A DNA stretch of 64,000 bases. Source: Mobula hypostoma (Eukaryota). The position numbers and the translations under genes are program-made. Shown here piece after piece: positions 50,176 through 61,419 of the stretch. The notes under the pieces were generated by a model. That model ran no database searches. It was not told the DNA's origin and worked only from the letters and a program-made list of their open reading frames with translations. The number at the start of each line of letters is the position of its first letter. The stretch's first letter is position 1. The DNA lies in the NCBI RefSeq assembly GCF_963921235.1, contig NC_086107.1:98890001-98954000 (forward strand), written 5' to 3'.

Positions 50176-53100
50176 CTGCGAATGATTTTTTTTAAAAATC
50201 AGATTAGGAAATGAACAGTACAATATATTTGGATTGATTTGTTCTCCGATCTTGGCAACTTACTTGCAAACGTACAAGGAGGCATCATCAGTGCGCTGTT
50301 AATTGTGGGTTCTTGTGGGTTACGCTGATAAAACGTTTACAAGTAGATGGCCAAGATCGCAGAACAACTCAACCCAACCATCAACCACCCAAGCTACACA
50401 TTTTCCAAATTATTTCAAATACAAAATACATTCAGATGCAAAGCAGCAGGCCCATGCTCACAATTATTTCAGTTACTGTCACATTCCTGTCAGCTTGAAC
50501 CAGTCTGACCGGTCTCCTCTGACCTCTCTCATTGGTAAGATACTTTCGCCCACAGAACTGCTGCTCACTGGATGCTTTTGCTTTTTTGCACCACTCTCTG
50601 TAAAATCTTTGTGTGTGAAAATCCCAGAAGATCAGCAGTTTCTGAGATACTCAGACCTTCCTGTCTGACACCAACAATGGTCAAAGTCACTTAGATCATA
50701 TTTCTTCCCCATTCTGATGTTTGGTTTGAACAACTTAACCTCTTGACCATGTCTGCATGCTTTGATGCATCGAGTTGCTGCCGCATGATTAGCTGATTTG
50801 ATATTTGCATTAACAAATAAGTGTATCTAATAAAGTGGCCACTGAGTATTTTATGAAGGCCCAGAAGTGCTTCCTGTCTGGATTAAGGGCTAGATTTCCA
50901 GAATGCCTCACCTGCAGGTTCAGTGCTTCATTCTTTGTCCAAGTTCAAGACTGTTTAATGTCATTTCCAGTACACAAATGCAATGGAGAACAAAATAATT
51001 GTTACCCCCTCACTTAATCTCATTTCACACAATGTCTGATGTCACAGGAGACGGACTGGCAACTGCTGCAGAACAGAGACAGGTTCACCCACAACCACTC
51101 CTTTAGTCTGTGGTACAACGTTGGTCACCCTACTCCTTGCACAGCTGTGCCCTGGCCAACGTTCCCGCTCATTTCATTTTTACAGCTGCGTGGACCAACC
51201 AAGAAATTTTTACACGGCCAGAAAACTTTTTACTTGTAATATGAACACTATGAATATTTAGAAAGAAAATGGAAAAATCACATACCTTTGAATTTACTTA
51301 TTAATTGGAGGGTATAATGAAATTTCGACAATGGAAAAAATATTTCACATTTCGTAAACTTTTTCTAGCTGAGTTCAATTCCAGCTGCGTGGCAACGAAG
51401 GCTATGTGCGTGGCAGCATTTCAGTTACTGTGCTGTCACACAACTTAGGGCCCAGTTGCTTGTCGCATCTCCCCAGCACCCCTGGGCCCAGCGTCCCCCT
51501 CCGCCCCAGGGCCCAGCCCACAGCCGAGTCCTCACCTGTCTCTGTTGCTGGATCTGTTGTTGCTCCAATTGTAGTTTTTCTGTTTCAAAGACTACTGGGA
51601 GAATCAGGATCATGAAGGACGTGGTCCCCACCCACAGGGCCGAGCGAGTGAAGCTGTAAAACACATCATCAACTGAATGTTATGACTCGGCTGCCTCTGT
51701 CCCCATGACCAACAGACAGTCCGGTCTGCCCAACTTCAACCCCACCACTCAAACTGTTCCACTTTCCTGAGCAATTTGGTGCACATATCTTTTGTTACTA
51801 AGACCCAGTCAGAGCACATTGTGATAACTGTAATAACAATAAAGTCTCTCCCTGCGCATTGGGCAGCAACCTTGCCGTTTCTTTTACAAGGCTGAGCTGC
51901 TAGCTCGACACTCAGCCCAGCACAGATGGAAAGCGTGCAAGGAGCTGGCTGGATTCGAACCCACGGCCACTCACTCCAAAGTCCAGTGCGGATGCCACTG
52001 CATCGCCAGCCGGCCTTTTCCTCATCGACCTTCTTTGTAATCACCTCAAAAGCCTCAATTACTTCAATTAAACCTCACTTTCCCTGAACAATTCCATGCT
52101 GACTCTGATCAATCTGTACTAAAGCTGTCCCACAGAAGTTTACCCTGGCAAACTGGCTAGTCTGTATGCTTGGACTATCCCCCCCTCCTCCTTTCAGCAA
52201 ACCGCTTCAGTCAGCTTTCAGCACAGGAGGAGCACATTTCCTCTCTTCCTTCCTTTAGGATTTGGGAAACAGTCTGCCAGGGTCTAGCAACTCACACTTC
52301 TTAAAGATGCCACATCAGAATCAGATTTAATAGCACTGGCATATGTCAAAAAGTTCAAAGTAAATTCCTTTGACTTCCCATCCTCAAGTCCACAATCAAT
52401 TCCTTGGTCTTACAAACGTTGAGTGCAAGGTTTATGTTGTGACAGCACTCAACCAGCTGATTTTATGATATCATGTATCATAAAATCAATTTTATTCATT
52501 TATGTATATTTTACTCCATAACCTCTAACTTCACTTTTATATAATTCTTAATTTATAATTGTGTGTGTGATATAGCTGTTGTTTTGTTACAGGTCACACC
52601 AACCACAGCAAATTCCTAATGTAAATGTATGTGGTGAATTAAATTGATCCTTGATATTTCTCTTCTATGGAGCCTGAAGGCACACACTCAGCAATTCAGA
52701 AAGAACTTCTTCCCCTCTGCCAACAGATGGGCCCTGAACACATGAGTACTCCCTCACTTCTTTAAAAAATTACTATTTGTTTTTGTACTATTTTTATCTA
52801 TTTTCAATCTAATATACATACACATGTATATTTACTATAATTGATTGATTTTTTATTTCTATATTATCATGTATTATATCGAACTGCTGCTGCTAAGTTA
52901 ACAAATTTCACAACACGCGCTGGTGATAATAAACCTGATTCTGATTCTATGTACAGTATTTATCTTCCATGAAAGCAAAATCCATTCCACTTCTACCGTA
53001 TTGATCTACCTTCAGGTTGCAGTCTCTAATGTACTTCTATTAAAATGTCCCTCTGCATAAATGGTCTTTCCCCATTCAAAGTATTTCCAGTGTGGCTCTT

Positions 53101-55635
53101 TTCTGCACCAACACAAAATCAAATTGAACTATGGCCATAAAAAGAATGCTGGAGGAATTCAATGGGTGGAGCAGCTCCCGTGAGGGTGGGCTAGGAACAG
53201 TCCATGTTTCAGGTCAAGGCCCTGCTCAAGTCTGAGACAGCCAGTGCGACTATCACCTGTTGGCCCTGTCCCACCTACCCACCCCGCTCTCTTTATACTG
53301 ACCATCTTCCCTCCACAGCAGGGGGCTCCCAACCTTTTCTCACGCCGTGAGCCCTCACCACTAACCGAGGGGTCTGTGGACCCCAAGTTGGGAGCCCCTG
53401 CTCTACACTCCCAGGCTTGATGCTGGGCCTCAACCCAAAACTTGCAGCAATTCCTCCCATCCCCTCCTTCCCTACTGATGCCGCTTGCCCCAGGGGGTTC
53501 CTCACCACCAGCAGATAGGTCATTACTCCAGATTCCACCATTTGCACTCTCTGCTCTCCTCCCACCGCTTCCCACTTGTCCAGGATCACTCTCCAGGTCT
53601 AAGTGCAGCCGATGGATAAGACACTTTTAATTACACTTCAGTAATCCCCCAGCTTTTACACCTTCCGCGCTGTTGCAGCCTCTGTGAGCTGCTTGGTACC
53701 TCCACCACACACTGCCGTTTCCAGAAAACCTGCGGCACTGCCCGCTTCACACCTGTACAGCTTCTTGGCCAACGTCAGTGAGCAGCTGGCGGCTACCCCC
53801 GAGGCGTTTCGTACTCCCTCAGGGAACATCTCCGTCAAACCCCACAGTCGCTCCGCAAGGGACTCATCCAACTGCAAGCATAGGATGATAAAGCAGAATT
53901 AAAACCTTTATCACCAGCGCGACGGAATGCTGAGATTGCAACACTGATAATGTGTTCAGTTGAAGCACAGGCCGACGTGAGATCACAGACCACAGCGCTT
54001 GCTTCAAGTTATTCACCAAATGTGATGACCCAAAATGTTAACTGGGCACCCCAAAATCAAAGCCCCATACCACTTACACATACTTCAATCCAAAATTGGG
54101 GCAGCACAGTACCACTGTGGCTAGCACAATGCTTTGCAGTACTAGAACCCGGGTGTACCTCCCACGGCTGTCTGCAAGGAGTTTGAAAAATTCTGATCCC
54201 TGAAAAATTTTGGAAAGATGTATTTCAAATTTTTTCTGTACTTTTCAATGTTATTTTTAAGCCCAATCCCTTGACTGCCATGTTTGGTATTGTTGAGGAT
54301 AGTGCTACAAAACTGAAGCCATCCAATTTGCGGGTATTGGCCTTTATGTCTCTTATGGCCAGGAGGATGATCTTGCTCAAGTGGAAGGAGGCCACCCCAC
54401 CCACTCATGTTCAATGACCATCTGATGTTATGTTGTGCCTTGATCTAGAGAAGATTCGTTGTTCGATTTCTGATTCTAAACATGATTTTCTAATGTTATG
54501 GGGACCCATTCTGAGTTATTTTCATAATCTTTGAACTGTTATTAAAGTATGGATCTGAGCCATTATTAATTATATGGTAAGGCATTTTTTTTTCTTTTTT
54601 TTAACCAACCAGCTCATTTTGGTAGTGGGGGTAGATTTTCTTTTAATAAAATATAATTATTTTATTTTATAATTCAATCTTTTTTTCTATATGACTGACT
54701 TGGAATATGGGATACTGTGATCATATTACTGTGATTTAAATGTAATGTAATCTGTATTACTTACTTGTATCCTAATGAATTTTGTCTTTGTATTCATGCA
54801 ATTTATATAACGTCTGTCTGTCTGTCTAGGTACCATATCCGTTGTGGACTTTGGTGACCATGATTTAATTTATATAATATTGATAAAAATACTGAAAGAG
54901 GAGTTTGCACGTTCTCCCTGTGGCCATGTGGGTTTCCTCCGGGTGCCCCAGTTTCCCCCCACAGTCCAAAGACGTGCCGGCTGGTAGGTTAATTGGTCAT
55001 TGTAAATTACCCTGTGGTTAAGCCAGGATTAAAGAGGTGGGTTGCAGGGTAGCTTGGCTTGAAGAGCCCACACCGGGCTGTATCTCAATAAATACAATAA
55101 TCTCTCTCCCTACAACACATACTCGCAAAACATGTTAAAGTAGAAAAAAATGCACCAAGGATTCAGCACCGGGTTAATTTTGGCAGGAAACCACGCAGAT
55201 GCAAAGACAGACTTCAAAGTGGGAATTCCAAAGTTTCCGGGTCCCAATGGGGGATGATTAGTATCTGCAACGGGAGGAGCCTGGAGAGCCGTGGGAAAAG
55301 GAGAGGTGACCCGGAGAACCAGGACTAATCTAGACCGGCGTGGAGCGTGGCCTGGGTGCCGGCTCCAGAGGGCGGGAAAGGCTTCGGTAGCCGGGCCGAG
55401 GGACCACTGTGGAGATCGGTAACAGAGCCGGGCCTGGCGGGGGGAAACGAGGCAGCAGGGACCGGGCAGGGGTCACGGGAACTCCAGCTCCGGGCTGCGG
55501 CCCACACTCCACCCCCGGCACTGGACACGGACACAACCACCCCACCCCCTCCCGGCTCCTCACATCGTCATCATCATCGTCCTCGATTTCGTCGCCGGCA
55601 TCAAGCCGCCGCTCCACACTCAGCTCTGCCGCCAT
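50098..55635 (-). CDS. TOMM22: Mitochondrial import receptor subunit TOM22, complete 4-exon gene, 387 bp CDS, 128 aa
   Basis: Exons 55564-55635, 53753-53871, 51536-51653, 50098-50175 join in frame: acidic N-terminus, LDESLAERLWGLTEMFPE, TM segment ALWVGTTSFMILILPVVFETE, Gln-rich C-terminus ending PGKI*. Confidence 0.97.
50470..50849. mobile_element. Tc1-like DNA transposon terminal fragment
   Basis: Ends in CTAATAAAGTGGCCACTGAGT, resembling a Tc1-type terminal repeat. Confidence 0.5.
51536..51653 (-). CDS. TOMM22: TOMM22 exon 3
   Basis: 118 bp, AG/GT flanks, FTRSALWVGTTSFMILILPVVFETEKLQ. Confidence 0.96.
53319..53400. mobile_element. ~80-bp hAT-type MITE; relatives at about 8490-8563, 44124-44203, 49630-49692
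   Basis: TIRs CAGGGGGCTCCCAAC / GTTGGGAGCCCCTG with imperfect 8-bp flanking duplication. Confidence 0.65.
53753..53871 (-). CDS. TOMM22: TOMM22 exon 2
   Basis: 119 bp, AG/GT flanks, LDESLAERLWGLTEMFPEGVR. Confidence 0.96.
54186..54898 (+). mobile_element. L1-like LINE 3' end inserted into an HE1-like SINE (54100-54185 + 54899-55100)
   Basis: ARRMILLKWKEATPPTHVQ remnant; 9-bp duplication AGGAGTTTG at 54177-54185 and 54899-54907. Confidence 0.65.
55564..55635 (-). CDS. TOMM22: TOMM22 exon 1 (MAAELSVERRLDAGDEIEDDDDDD)
   Basis: 72 bp, ATG in good Kozak context, donor GTGAGG. Confidence 0.88.
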
Positions 55636-55770
55636 CCGACCGACCTGCACCTCCACCTGCACTAGGCCGAGAACGCCGCGCATGCGCATCTCCGCCAGCG
55701 ACGACGCCACCTGTCGGCCGGAGTACTCTGCAGCACCAGAGAGGCGAGTGGCGAGACCGGGTACTGCAGG
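55636..55770 (-). promoter_or_regulatory. TOMM22 CpG-island promoter with NRF1 site
   Basis: Perfect NRF1 palindrome GCGCATGCGC at 55678-55687 in CpG-rich sequence. Confidence 0.75.
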
Positions 55771-56155
55771 GGCTGATTAACTCCATCAACACTGAGACAC
55801 CGTACATGTGCAATGTGTTTTGGCAGCAGCACAGTGCAAAATATAAAAATTACTATGAATTACACAAATAAATAAATAATGAGGTAATAAACACAAGAGA
55901 TTCTCCAGATGCTAGAAACCCAAAGACACACAAAATTCCCTTGCACCCTATTCCCTTGCAAACACACAGTCTGCAAGGATTGTTTCATCTGCCCCACAAG
56001 GGCAGTGTGCGGTGGGGCAGTCCAGGGAGGGGTCTGACGGGGGTGGGGGGGCCCTCTCACCAGTGAGGCCTTGGTGCCTTAGTTCTGGTGACGAGACATC
56101 CAGCCAAATGGCTTCTTCAGTCTGCTCAGAGACCCATCCCACGTTGCTAGACAGA

Positions 56156-56463
56156 TAAAAGTTGCTGGTGAACGCAGCAGGCCAGGCAGCATCTCTAGGA
56201 AGAGGTGCAGTCGACGTTTCGGGTCGAGACGTTTCAGGTCGAGACCCTTCGTCAGGACTAACTGAAGGAAGAGTGAGTAAGGGATTTGAAAGTTGGAGGT
56301 ATCAAATCCCTTATTCACTCTTCCTTCAGTTAGTCCTGACGAAGGGTCTCGGCCCGAAACGTCAACTGCACCTCCTCCTAGAGATGCTGCCTGGCCTGCT
56401 GCGTTCACCAGCAACTTTTATGTGTGTTGCTTGAATTTCCAGCATCTGCAGAATTCCTGTTGT
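56156..56463. mobile_element. Palindromic Penelope pLTR-derived element with hammerhead motifs on both strands
   Basis: Inverted arms 56155-56289 / 56302-56421; 12-bp TSD TTGCTAGACAGA (56144-56155, 56464-56475); hammerhead cores at 56209-56259 (-) and 56332-56367 (+). Confidence 0.88.
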
Positions 56464-57289
56464 TTGCTAGACAGACATTGTCTGTTAATGTGAATTCTAT
56501 TGTATTTCCTTTTTTCTCCCCCGTAAATGGAGGTAATAAATCTCAAGGCAGTATATAATTTAGTAATTTTTATTTCGAGACACAGCACAGTAACAGACCC
56601 CTCCAGCCTAATGAGCCCATGCTGTCTGATTACATCAACCGACTAACCCATGCGCCTTTGGACCGTGGGAGGAAACTGGGCCACTTGGAGGAAACCACAA
56701 ACCCCTCACAGTCAGCGGTGGGAATTGAACCGGGGTCGCCTGCACTGTGAAGCGCCGTGCTAACCACGACACAATCATTCTGCCCCATGGAGCACCCTGA
56801 TAACAGAATCACTCCGAACACAGCGCTCCCAGGACCTCCCGGGCTCAGCACTGCTTTGAAGAACGTGCAGCCAAAGGAGTTTTTCACAGCAACCTTTCCA
56901 TGATGGATCCAACTAAATGGACCTTTGCACAGGGTAGAAATGTCTGACACCAGAGGGCACGCATTGAAGGGGAGAGGCGGTCGGTTCAAGGGGGTAGGTG
57001 AGGGATAAGATTTTACTCAGAGGGTGGTGAATGCCTGGAATGTGCTGCCTGATACGGTGGTAGAGGCAAATACATTAGAGGGTTTTAAGAGTCATTTAGA
57101 GAGGCACAAGGATGTGAGGAAGATGGAGGGATATGGACTTTGTGTGGGTAGGACAGCACCAGGAACAGGAAGATTCTCAGCATTGAGTCTCGCCTGGTGT
57201 TTGTTTTCCAGATCCACGTACATTCAGTGCAGACACAGCCACACATCTGAATGAGGGAGATACTGAGTCCCCGTCACTCCCGTTTTATG

Positions 57290-58280
57290 GGGCTCAACGG
57301 GAGATGCCTCTGGGGAGTCTCGGTGTGGGAGCGGGGAACGGGTCACACTTGCACCCAGCACAGCCACACTGAGATCATCTCACACCCGGTGACCAGGCTC
57401 TGGCCTTGCTTTGAGAGGAAATGCGGCTCCCACGCCCCTAATTCCTGCTTCACCTTGTCCGTCCACTCCAGCCGGTTCTTGCCGTGTATCCTGACCCCAC
57501 CCCACTCCGAACCAGATCTCCAGCGCTTTCAGGTAGTCTGACATGACGATGAAGAGGATGCTGGATCGGTCGGGCCAGTTGCCGAAGAGCATGGCTTCGC
57601 TCTTCGTGCGGTTGATCCTGGCCCCCGACGCTAGCTCGAACTGTTCGCAGGTGCCAATCAACCTGCGAACTGACCTCGGATCAGAGCAGAAGAGGGCGAC
57701 GTCGTCCATGTACAGGGAGGTTTTCACTTGGGTCCCTCCACTGCCTGGCAGCGTCACCCCTCTTATGCCCTCATCCCTCCTGATGGCTTCCGCAAAGGGT
57801 TCTATGCAGCAGACAAACAAGACAGGGGAGAGGGGACAGCCCTGCCTGACTCCAGACCTGACGGGGAAGCTGTCTGTTTCCCACCCGTTGACCTGGACTG
57901 CACTACGGATGTCTGTGTAGAGCAGTCTGATCCAATTCCGGATTCCCTCCCCAAATCCCATTTTGGAGAGCACGTCCGCCATGTACGTGTGTGATATCCT
58001 GTCAAAGGCTTTCTCCTGGTCCAAGCTGACCAGGCAAGTGTCCACCCCTGACCCATATTAGTCTGCCAGAACTTTTCCTGCAAGATGTTGCACAGATCTG
58101 GTCCAGGTGGGTCCCCTGTCCCAGAGAAGACCTGACCGTGTTGGTGATGGTCTTCAGCAGGATCTTATCATCTGCATTCTACAGTGAGATGGATCTCCAA
58201 TTCCTGATGTCCTCCCTCCCCCACTTCTGCTTGTAGATGAGGGTGATGATGCCCTTCCTCATGGAGTCTGACATGCTGAC
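57290..58280 (-). mobile_element. L1/Tx1-clade LINE reverse transcriptase fragment
   Basis: LVSLDQEKAFDRISH, SGVRQGCPLSPVLF, SLYMDDV, SGARINRTKS. Confidence 0.88.
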
Positions 58281-58529
58281 ATGTTGTACCCCTCCAGCAG
58301 GTCTGATCCATTCAGTCCCACTCAGCCATTAAGCCAACCCTTCGCAAGCTGCAGCTCGTTGCCACTGAGGGGCTGGACCCTGTGTAAAGCCTTGGAGACA
58401 CTTGGAGTTTGTATCGCCCAGAGGCCACGAGTGGCAGTGGTGCTGTGCAGGCTTCCAGTGTGTACATCCATAACACTGTGTTGTATAGACTGGAGAACAC
58501 TGTGATATGAAGGTAATAAGAGCCGGCTA

Positions 58530-59722
58530 CACAAGATACGCTGCAGCTGCTGGGGTCAAAGCAACACTCACAACACGCTGGAGGAACTCAGCAGGCCGGG
58601 CAGCATCCGTGGAAACGATCAGTCAACGTTTCGGGCCGGAACCCTTCGTCAGGACTGAAGAGGGAAGGGGCAGAGGCCCTATAAAGAAGGTGGGGGGAGG
58701 GTGGGAAGGAGAAGGCTGGTAGGTTCCAGGTGAAAAACCAGTAAGGGGAAAGATAAAGGGGTTGGGGAGGGGAAGCAGGGAGGTGGTGGGCAGGAAAGGT
58801 GAAGAAGGAATGGGGAAAACACAATGGGGAGTAGAAGGAGGTGGAGCCATGAGGGAGGTGATAGGCAGATGGAGGAGGGGGCAGAGTGAAATAGGGATGG
58901 GGAAGGGAGGGGGAGGGAATTACCGGAAGTGGAGAATTCTATGTTCATACCAAGGGGCTGGAGACTACCTAGACGGTATATGAGGTGTTGCTCCCCCAGC
59001 CTGAGTTTAGCCTCATCATGGCAGTAGAGGAGGCCATGTATGGACATATCTGAATGGGAGTGGAAAGCAGAGTTGAAGTGGGTGGCTACTGGGAGATCCT
59101 GTCTGTTGTGGCAGACGGAGTGGAGGTGCTCGACGAAGCGGTCCCCCAATCTGCGTCGGGTTTCACCGATGTAGAGGAGGCCGCACCGGGAGCACCGGAT
59201 GCAATAGACGACCCCAACAGACTCACAGGTGAAGTGTTGCCTCACCTGGAAGGACTGTTTGGGGCCCTGAATGGTGGCAAGAGAGGAGGTGTAGGGACAG
59301 GTGTAGCACTTGCACTTACAGGGATAAGTGCCTGGTGGGAGATCCGTGGGGAGGGACGTGTAGATAAGGGAGTCACAGAGGGACCGAGCCCTGTGGAAAG
59401 TGGAGAGGGAAAGATGTGCTTAGTGGTGGGGTCCTGTTGAAGGTGGCGGAAGTTGCAGTGGATAATGTGCTGGATCCGGAGGCTGGTGGGGTGGTAGGTG
59501 AGGACAAGGGGAACTCTGTCCCTGTAGGGGTGACGGGAGGATGGGGTGAGGGCCGAAGTGCGGGAAATGGCTGAGATGCGGGTGAGGGCATCATTGATGA
59601 TGGTAGAAGGGAAACCACTATCCTCAAAGAAAGAGGACATTTGAGATGTCCTGGAATGGAAAACCTCATCCTCGGAGCAGATGCGGCAGAGACGGAGGAA
59701 CTGGGAATAGGGAATGGCATTT
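58530..59722 (-). mobile_element. Penelope-like element, 5'-truncated and frameshifted, with hammerhead motif at 58620-58657
   Basis: GVVYCIRCSRCGLLYIGETRRRLGDRFVEH and RVPLVLTYHPTS in ORFs 58679..59245 and 59242..59640; CAGTC-CTGACGA-AGGGTTCCGGCCC-GAAAC-GTT-GACTG. Confidence 0.9.
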
Positions 59723-59837
59723 TTAAGAGCCGGCTACTTGCATGTTTTTTATTGTATGAGTTGGCATCTAGAGGGTCCTGGGCACACAGATCATTGAGAG
59801 ATAATCTTCAAGTACAGTGTACAAACGATAAAGGCAA

Positions 59838-60262
59838 GGTCTGGGTAGTTTCCAATCTGAGGGCATGAACATCGATTTCTCAAACTTCTGGTAATTGGAT
59901 CCCCCCTTCACCATTCCCATTACTTGCCCATCACCTCCCTCTGGTGCTCCTCCCCCTTCCCTTTCTTCCACGGCCTTCTGTCCTCTCCCATCAGACTCCC
60001 CCTTCTCCAGCCCTTTACCTCCTTCACCGATCAACTTCCCAGCTCTGTACTTCATTCCCCTCCCCTCCCTCTCCCGGTTTCACCTATCACCTGCTACCTT
60101 GTACTTCTTCCTCCTCTCCTCCACCCCTCCACCGTCTTACCCTGACTTCTCAGCCTTGTTTCCAGTCCTGATGAAGGGTCTCGGCCCGAAATATCGACTG
60201 TTTACTCTTCCATAGATGCTGCCTGGCCCGCTGAGTTCTTCCAGCATTTTGTCTGTGTTGCA
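59838..60262 (+). mobile_element. Penelope-like 3' fragment/pLTR with hammerhead motif at 60163-60200
   Basis: GMNIDFSNFW* end, pyrimidine-rich tract, CAGTC-CTGATGA-AGGGTCTCGGCCC-GAAAT-ATC-GACTG. Confidence 0.8.
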
Positions 60263-60537
60263 ACGCAGTTGGCTTTATCGTTAGAGGGTGGGAACGGAGT
60301 AGTGTAGCCCAGCTCCAGTTATAAAGAGCCTGGTGAGATTATATCTGGAATGTGAGGAACAGCTCTGGTCTCACTACCCAAGAGAAGGATATTCCGAAAT
60401 GAAGTAATGGAATGTCACCGGATGGATTCCTGGGGATTTATTTGTGGAGACAGATTAAGCACGCCGCTGTGTTTGGAAGGATGACTAATAGAAGCCCCCA
60501 AAGTTCTTGCAGGGCGTTACAAGGTGGATTCATGAAT

Positions 60538-60817
60538 CATTAAAGTTGCTGGTGAACTCAGCAGGCCAGGCAGCATCTCTAGGAAGAGGTACAGTCGACG
60601 TTTTGGGCTGAGACCCTTCATCAGGACTAACTGAAGGAAGAGTTAGTAAGAGATTTGAAAGTGCTAGCTCTTCCTTCAGTTAGTCCTGACGAAGGGTCTC
60701 GGCCTGAAACGTCGACTGTACCTCTTCCTAGAGACGCTGCCTGGCCTGTTGCGTTCACCAGCAACTTTGATTGGTGTTGCTTGAATTTCCGGCATCTGCA
60801 GAATTCCTCGTGTTTGC
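60538..60817. mobile_element. Second palindromic Penelope pLTR-derived element with hammerhead motifs on both strands
   Basis: Inverted arms 60542-60646 / 60664-60768; 12-bp TSD GGATTCATGAAT (60526-60537, 60818-60829); cores at 60593-60628 (-, GAAA>AAAA) and 60682-60717 (+, intact). Confidence 0.88.
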
Positions 60818-60876
60818 GGATTCATGAATGATATTTCTCCCAGCCTTGTCAGCCATCCAGGACAAAGATGAATATG

Positions 60877-60960
60877 GAACTACAAATCCCATGATCCTCT
60901 ATCACACGTCCGGGGAAAAAAAGCGTTCCCATAAAACGCCGGGAAACCATAATTTACATA
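60877..60960 (+). promoter_or_regulatory. snRNA distal sequence element (SPH/ZNF143 site plus octamer variant)
   Basis: ACTACAAATCCCATGATCC at about -255 and ATTTACAT (60952-60959) at about -180. Confidence 0.65.
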
Positions 60961-61075
60961 TCATATTTTATTTTCTTTAAATCAGTAGTTTTGGTGTAGG
61001 CAAATCATCGAAGACCGGTAGAAATCATTTGATGAGAGGTGTAGAATGTTTTATTTCTAAGTAGTTGGTTGTGTC

Positions 61076-61094
61076 TCACCCTGACTATGAGTGG
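61076..61094 (+). promoter_or_regulatory. snRNA proximal sequence element (PSE) of U12
   Basis: TCACCCTGACTATGAGTGG starting at -60 from the U12 start; resembles the vertebrate PSE consensus; no TATA box, consistent with Pol II. Confidence 0.8.
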
Positions 61095-61135
61095 GTGTGC
61101 TCAAGCTCTAGTCGCAGCGGCAGAGAAATTTGAGT

Positions 61136-61286
61136 ATGCCTTAAACTAATGAGTAAGGAAAATAACGGTCCGGGGTGACGCCCGGGTCCTCGCCGCTTCG
61201 TGCGAGAGGAATTTTTGAGCGGGTAAAGGTCGCCCTATCGGTGACTCGCCTACTTTGCGGGATGCCGCAGTGCCGCGATCTGCCCG
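61136..61286 (+). ncRNA. RNU12: U12 minor-spliceosomal snRNA
   Basis: ATGCCTTAAACTAATGAGTAAGGAAAATAAC...AATTTTTGAGCGGGTAAAGGTCGCCC...CTACTTTGCGGGATGCC...GCGATCTGCCCG matches vertebrate U12 as I recall it; branch-site pairing region GTAAGGAAA (61153-61161), Sm site AATTTTTG (61210-61217). Confidence 0.95.
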
Positions 61287-61419
61287 GTACCCCCCCTTTG
61301 TGAATGAAAAACATGACGTATTTACGCTGAGTGTGGGGTCTCCGTTCTTTGACTCTGAATGGCGTTCCATTCAAGTCCATGTGAGTCTGTTGGGCTCATC
61401 TGTTGCATCCGGTGCCGCC

